The notes under the pieces were generated by a model. The model worked only from the letters and a program-made list of their open reading frames with translations. It searched no databases and was not told the DNA's origin. Below, piece after piece: positions 59,595 through 64,000 of a stretch of DNA of 64,000 nt. Within the stretch, counting starts at the first letter, position 1. Each line of letters starts with the position of its first letter. The DNA comes from Candidatus Aldehydirespiratoraceae bacterium (lineage in GTDB: Bacteria > Actinomycetota > Acidimicrobiia > Acidimicrobiales > Aldehydirespiratoraceae). The DNA lies in the NCBI GenBank assembly GCA_965214565.1, contig OZ243951.1, positions 2,579,166 to 2,643,165 on the forward strand. Direction: 5' to 3'. The position numbers and the translations under genes are program-made.

Positions 59595-60314
59595 ATGAGC
59601 AATGCATACGATGAATCGGCCGATCAGATCGGTTGCATCGACGGCTCGGTCCTTCGTGTAACCATGTGCGGAACGGAGGTCCACCTGAAATTCGGTGACA
59701 AGATCGCGCCGCTTTCCCATATGGCAGTTGAGCGCCTAACGACGCTGCTGCAATCAAAGAGCCGAGACAGTCCTGTATCGGTCGCAGCACCGAAAGGGCC
59801 GTCTCGACGCATGGGCGCGGCTGTCAATCCCGGTGTTGCCGAACTCCTCGGGACCGGTCTCGTCGACGACGGCACCGTACTCACGCTTCGCCACCGTGGA
59901 ATTGAGCACACCGCGACTGTGAGCGCGAACGGTCAGATCGCATTCGACGGACGTCTCTACGACAGCCCGTCGGGTGCTGCACAGGCTGCTTGTGAGGGTG
60001 CATCCGTGAACGGCTGGACCGCATGGAAGCTCTTCGACGGTTCGGCTATCGACGAGAAGCGCTGGCTGTTTCGCGCCGGTGACTTTCCGGGCCAAGGCCA
60101 CAGCTACGCGGATTCCAGCGCAAAGGAAATGCGACAAATTGCCCTCAGGTGGGTGGAGCACGCACTAGATGCCCGTCTTGACCCAGCCGAACCCGGCGAC
60201 GAAGTTGAGGTCTTTCTTGGCGGCCATGGGTATGCGGAAAGCACCTTGGAGTCGTATCGAAGGCACCTCCGTAATTGGCGAGACCTTTACGGCGGTGGCG
60301 CGGCAGAGCGATGA
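59595..60314 (+). CDS. hypothetical protein with RAMA/DUF4357-like central domain
   Basis: The start overlaps the methyltransferase stop (ATGA). The core LLGTGLVDDGTVLTLRHRG..HTATVSANGQIAFDGRLYDSPSGAAQAA...VNGWTAWK matches the remembered RAMA pattern (G..L....a.v...G.i......y.SPS.AA....NGW..W). Confidence 0.6.
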   Translation: MSNAYDESADQIGCIDGSVLRVTMCGTEVHLKFGDKIAPLSHMAVERLTTLLQSKSRDSPVSVAAPKGPSRRMGAAVNPGVAELLGTGLVDDGTVLTLRHRGIEHTATVSANGQIAFDGRLYDSPSGAAQAACEGASVNGWTAWKLFDGSAIDEKRWLFRAGDFPGQGHSYADSSAKEMRQIALRWVEHALDARLDPAEPGDEVEVFLGGHGYAESTLESYRRHLRNWRDLYGGGAAER

Positions 60315-60354
60315 GCGCCTCTCAACTCGAGCACTGCGGGGATTCGCCTGGTTT

Positions 60355-60669
60355 TCAGGTCTCTGCCTCTTCGTCTTCAGGGAGGAAGTACGACGTTCCG
60401 TCGTCGCGGAACACCCGCATCCTGATGATTCCCTGCCTTCCCAGGTCTACGAGCGAACCGGGGTACAGGTGCCTGAGCACATCGCGTTCCTCCTCGAGCA
60501 GTGAGGTCAAGCTTCCCGGTGGGAATCTGCCGCAAGGAAACTTTCTCTCGAACTCCTCGAACGCGGCCTGCTTCTCCTCGAGAGGACGAAGATGGGGCGG
60601 CACTGCCGGACGCTCGCCCGGATCGAATTCGTTCTGCCCTTCGGTGGCGTGGCGGCCAGCATTTATCAT
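60355..60669 (-). CDS. hypothetical small acidic protein, antisense-oriented between the two large genes
   Basis: 104-aa ORF. No recognisable family. Coding status is uncertain. Confidence 0.35.
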   Translation of the reverse strand: MINAGRHATEGQNEFDPGERPAVPPHLRPLEEKQAAFEEFERKFPCGRFPPGSLTSLLEEERDVLRHLYPGSLVDLGRQGIIRMRVFRDDGTSYFLPEDEEAET

Positions 60670-60735
60670 GAATCCGATGCTACAGAGATTTCATGCAATT
60701 GCAACTACTTTTGATTCTGGGCTCGGAGTAGCGGC

Positions 60736-63700
60736 ATGAATGGGAATGTGAAGCCGGAGTTCGTCGTCAATCGTGACGGTAGGACAGTGTCTGAGGCGCT
60801 CTCCGGGTTCATCTCCCATGCGGCCACCGGGTTTGTCGGTGGGGCATCCCTCGATGTCGTCACCGCCTACTTCAACGTCGGCGGCTACGCGTTGCTCGCT
60901 GATTCGCTGAACCAACTCACCGGTGTGCGACTGCTCCTCGGAGCGGAGCCGACCCCGCCGGAGAACCCCCGCAGGGAGCTGCACTCGGAGTCGGCGAATC
61001 CCCAGCGGGCAGCGCGTAGCCGTTTGCGTCGAGCGCTCGACGGTCATGAGCAGAACCTCATCATCGAGCGGGACCACCTCGGATTCAGTCAGGAAGTCGA
61101 TGCCGCGACTCGCCGACTGCTTGAGTGGCTTCAACTCGACACGGTCCAGGTGCGCCGGCTTGAGCACCGCTTCATCCACGGCAAGGCGTTCCTGGTCAGC
61201 GACCATTCCCACGGTGTGGTGGCCGGATCGTCGAACCTCACGTATGCCGGGTTGACGACCAACCTGGAGTTGAACCTCGGGAACTATTCCCCTCACGTCG
61301 TCGGGCAGGTGAAGGACTGGTTCGATGAGTTGTGGGCCGAGGCGGTCGACTACGACCTCGCAGCGCTGTTCGAGTCCCGCTTCGAGCCCCATTCCCCGCA
61401 GCTCGTGTACCTGCGGATGCTGTGGGAGTTCTACGGCTCGGAATTACAGGATGAGGCGTCGTCCGAAGGGGCATCGCAGATCCACCTGACCTCTTTCCAG
61501 TCCGACGGGCTGTTCCGTGCTCGACGCATCCTCGAAGAGCGTAACGGGGTGCTGATCGCCGATGAGGTCGGTTTGGGCAAGACGTTCCTGGCGGGGGAGT
61601 TGATTCGCGAAGCGGCGCTGGATCGTCGCCAGCGAGTACTGGTCATCACGCCGGCCACGCTGCGCGACGGGCCGTGGAAGGCGTTCAGGTCAGAGCACAA
61701 CCTGCCCATGGAGCTCGTGTCGTATGAAGAGCTCATGGCCGACGCTCGTTTGAACCCGGAGCACGCGTCGGCACACAAACTCGAAGCCACGATCAACGAC
61801 TACGCGATGGTGGTGATCGACGAAGCCCACAATCTGCGCAATCCCAGTACACAACGGGCATCTGCGATCCGCACGCTGTTGGCCGGATCACCGCCCAAGA
61901 AGCTGGTGATGCTCACCGCCACCCCGGTGAACAACAGCTTGTGGGACCTGTACCACCTGCTCGGATACTTCCTGCGCAACGACGCTGCGTTCGCCGATGC
62001 AGGCATCCGCTCGCTCCGCGACCACTTCGCCAAGGCGATGAATCTAGACCCAGACGACCTGACCCCTGAGCATCTCTTCGACGTGCTCGACGCGGTGGCG
62101 GTACGGCGAACTCGGTCGTTCGTCAAACGCTTCTATCCCAATGACACGATCAGGGTCCGCGGCAAGGAGCAGGCCATCGTCTTTCCGACCCCACGGGTCC
62201 GCAAGATCGACTACAGGCTCGACGATGTGCTGCCCGGATTCTTTGACCGGTTCGCTCATGCCCTCGACCCCGAAGCCGGCGCCGATGATCCTGATGCTCT
62301 CAGCCTGGCACGGTACGCCCCGTCTCAGTATCACCTCGACAACGGGGTTGAGGCGTATGAAGTCCAGCTCGCAGGCCTGCTGCGGTCGGGTTTGCTGAAA
62401 CGCTTCGAGTCTTCACCGTACGCCTTCGCCGAGACATGCCAGAAGATGGCCACGAGTCACGACGCATTCCTGTCGTTGCTCAACAACGGGCGTGTGGCCA
62501 CCGGCGATGCTCTGGCCGACTGGATCGCCACCGATTCCGACGAGATCGACGAGGCACATGCCGACACCTACCTCGACGCGATCGTCGGAGTGACCGACGA
62601 CGCTGCGGCCTATGACCTCGACCGCCTCCGTGAGCACGCCGAACGTGACCGAGACCTGCTCAGGTCCTTCGCGGCCGAGGCCCGAACCGTCACTCGATCC
62701 GATGATCCCAATTTGACTGTTCTGGTTGAGGAGCTTGCCGCTATCGCAGCCGAAGCTGCATCCGAAGGCATCGGTCCTGCCGATGAAGGAAACCGTCGCA
62801 AGGTGCTCATCTTCAGCTACTTTGCCGACACGGTCGACTGGATCTATGAACATCTCGTCGCCGTGGCGCAGAGCGATCAACGCCTAGCCCCATACAGGGA
62901 CCGCATCGCGTCGTTGTCCGGCAGTTCTGGCACTGACAGCAAGAAGTCGGTGCTCTGGGGATTCGCACCTCAAACCACCGATGCTCCTGAAGGCTTCAAC
63001 GATGACCTGTTCGACATTGTCGTGACGACCGACGTGCTCGCGGAAGGAGTCAACCTCCAACAGGCCCGCCACATCATCAACTACGATCTGCCCTGGAACC
63101 CGATGCGCCTGGTTCAACGACACGGACGGATCGACCGCATCGGGTCGCACCACAAAGAAGTCTTCCTGAGCTGCGTCTTCCCCGACGACCGTCTCGACGA
63201 TCTGCTCGGTCTCGAAGAACGCTTGCACACCAAACTCGCCCAAGCAGCCGCCAGCGTCGGCGTGGGCGAGGTGCTTCCCGACCAGGCCGCTCAGGTTGAG
63301 ATCAACTTCACCGAGACGCGAGAGGAGATCGAACGCCTTCGCAACGAGGATGCAGCAATCTTGGAACGGGGCGGCACCGGCCGAGGCGCACTGTCAGGCG
63401 AGGAGTTCCGCCAAGAACTGCGCCAGGCGCTCGAAGACAACGACCTGGCGCATCAGATCAAAGCGCTCCCCTGGGGATCGGGGTCGGGAATGGCGGTCGC
63501 ACCCGACGGGCGACCCGGTTACGTGTTCTGCGCCCGGATCGGCGACCACCCCCGACCGCTGTTCCGCTTTGTCGAGACCGGACCCGAGGCAGAAGTGGTC
63601 GACGAGACTCTGGCCTGCCTTCACATGGCCCGCCCCCCCTCAGGCTTCAATACGGAGCGGCGGTTGGCCGACACTGCCATCCATGGTGCCTTCGCTGCCT

Positions 63701-64000
63701 GGGAAACCGCCCGAGACCACATTGTCGACGGCTGGAACTTCATGGCCGACAAAGCCAACCTGGAACCGAAGATCGTCCCGCGCCTCCGCCGAGCGGCGGA
63801 GATCCTCCGAGAGAACCCACCGTCCCGACTGACTCAGGATGCGATCGACCGGGCCATCGACGCCATCAATGCCCCCTACTCTGAACGCACCATCAGAACC
63901 TTCCAAAAAGCCATGCAGAGCACCGGCGATCCGTCCGAACAAGCTGAAAAAATCCTCGGAGTGATCGACTCCCTGGGTCTGGAACCCTACGTCCCCCCTG
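60736..64000 (+). CDS. PLD(HKD)-nuclease / SNF2-family helicase fusion protein, 3' end outside the window
   Basis: Not in the supplied ORF track because there is no stop in the window. I translated an open frame from ATG 60736 to the window end (more than 1088 codons). It contains HGKAFLVSD...GSSNLT (HKD), ADEVGLGKT, VIDEAHNLRN, TATPVNNS and DLPWNPMRLVQRHGRIDRIGS. Confidence 0.85.
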   Translation, partial: MNGNVKPEFVVNRDGRTVSEALSGFISHAATGFVGGASLDVVTAYFNVGGYALLADSLNQLTGVRLLLGAEPTPPENPRRELHSESANPQRAARSRLRRALDGHEQNLIIERDHLGFSQEVDAATRRLLEWLQLDTVQVRRLEHRFIHGKAFLVSDHSHGVVAGSSNLTYAGLTTNLELNLGNYSPHVVGQVKDWFDELWAEAVDYDLAALFESRFEPHSPQLVYLRMLWEFYGSELQDEASSEGASQIHLTSFQSDGLFRARRILEERNGVLIADEVGLGKTFLAGELIREAALDRRQRVLVITPATLRDGPWKAFRSEHNLPMELVSYEELMADARLNPEHASAHKLEATINDYAMVVIDEAHNLRNPSTQRASAIRTLLAGSPPKKLVMLTATPVNNSLWDLYHLLGYFLRNDAAFADAGIRSLRDHFAKAMNLDPDDLTPEHLFDVLDAVAVRRTRSFVKRFYPNDTIRVRGKEQAIVFPTPRVRKIDYRLDDVLPGFFDRFAHALDPEAGADDPDALSLARYAPSQYHLDNGVEAYEVQLAGLLRSGLLKRFESSPYAFAETCQKMATSHDAFLSLLNNGRVATGDALADWIATDSDEIDEAHADTYLDAIVGVTDDAAAYDLDRLREHAERDRDLLRSFAAEARTVTRSDDPNLTVLVEELAAIAAEAASEGIGPADEGNRRKVLIFSYFADTVDWIYEHLVAVAQSDQRLAPYRDRIASLSGSSGTDSKKSVLWGFAPQTTDAPEGFNDDLFDIVVTTDVLAEGVNLQQARHIINYDLPWNPMRLVQRHGRIDRIGSHHKEVFLSCVFPDDRLDDLLGLEERLHTKLAQAAASVGVGEVLPDQAAQVEINFTETREEIERLRNEDAAILERGGTGRGALSGEEFRQELRQALEDNDLAHQIKALPWGSGSGMAVAPDGRPGYVFCARIGDHPRPLFRFVETGPEAEVVDETLACLHMARPPSGFNTERRLADTAIHGAFAAWETARDHIVDGWNFMADKANLEPKIVPRLRRAAEILRENPPSRLTQDAIDRAIDAINAPYSERTIRTFQKAMQSTGDPSEQAEKILGVIDSLGLEPYVPP

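Larger units (their letters stand above)
55180..59598 (+). pseudogene. Eco57I/PglX-like N6-adenine DNA methyltransferase (type IIG-like), frame broken at G16 and (CA)10 tracts as sequenced
   Basis: Frame 1 runs 55180 to the G tract and contains DIAMGSAHFLV (motif I-like) and GNPPWEKV (motif IV). Frame 0 carries 58159-58624. Frame 1 resumes to 59598 with an Eco57I-family C-terminus (...VAHLYGLDEDDLAVIYETF). Confidence 0.8.

Overview
This 64 kb window looks like a high-GC Actinomycetota chromosome. The evidence is an mIHF homologue and the gene order pyrC-carAB-pyrD / mihF-gmk-rpoZ-coaBC-metK-priA / def-fmt-rsmB / infC-rpmI-rplT / pheST. About 85% of it is densely packed housekeeping genes.

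Four regions stand out.

1. **Candidate defence island, 54.4-64.0 kb (most unusual region).** It is bordered by AT-richer spacers. It holds a ~1470-codon Eco57I/PglX-type N6-adenine methyltransferase, a translationally coupled RAMA-like protein, a small antisense ORF, and a PLD(HKD)-SNF2 helicase fusion that runs off the window.
   - The methyltransferase reading frame breaks at a G16 homopolymer and again at a (CA)10 tract. One extra G plus one extra CA unit (net +3 nt) would restore a single ORF.
   - Each tract is followed by a pair of diverged tandem copies of the next protein segment. The copies sit in different reading frames and differ mainly at synonymous positions.
2. **Taurine/sulfoacetaldehyde catabolic cluster, 25.1-34.5 kb.** It contains an aminotransferase, a TauABC-like transporter, pta, a TetR regulator and xsc. 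The binding-protein gene carries a 963-bp in-frame, near-identical internal duplication. The ATPase has an N-terminal membrane domain.
3. **Probable selenoprotein, 34.5-36.5 kb.** A UGSC-family gene has an in-frame TGA followed by a palindromic hairpin. It is translationally coupled to a thioredoxin-fold (CPTC) fusion protein.
4. **Rearranged suf locus, 38.6-46.0 kb.** Two sufC paralogues lie in convergent modules, with a Cys-rich ORF between sufB and sufD.

Smaller observations: carB is interrupted by an apparent 1-nt frameshift, several short tandem repeats sit exactly on gene junctions, and a strong intrinsic terminator lies in a 370-bp non-coding gap. I recognised no rRNA, tRNA, CRISPR array or transposase. 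All calls come from reading the sequence and ORF translations only; no database search was run.
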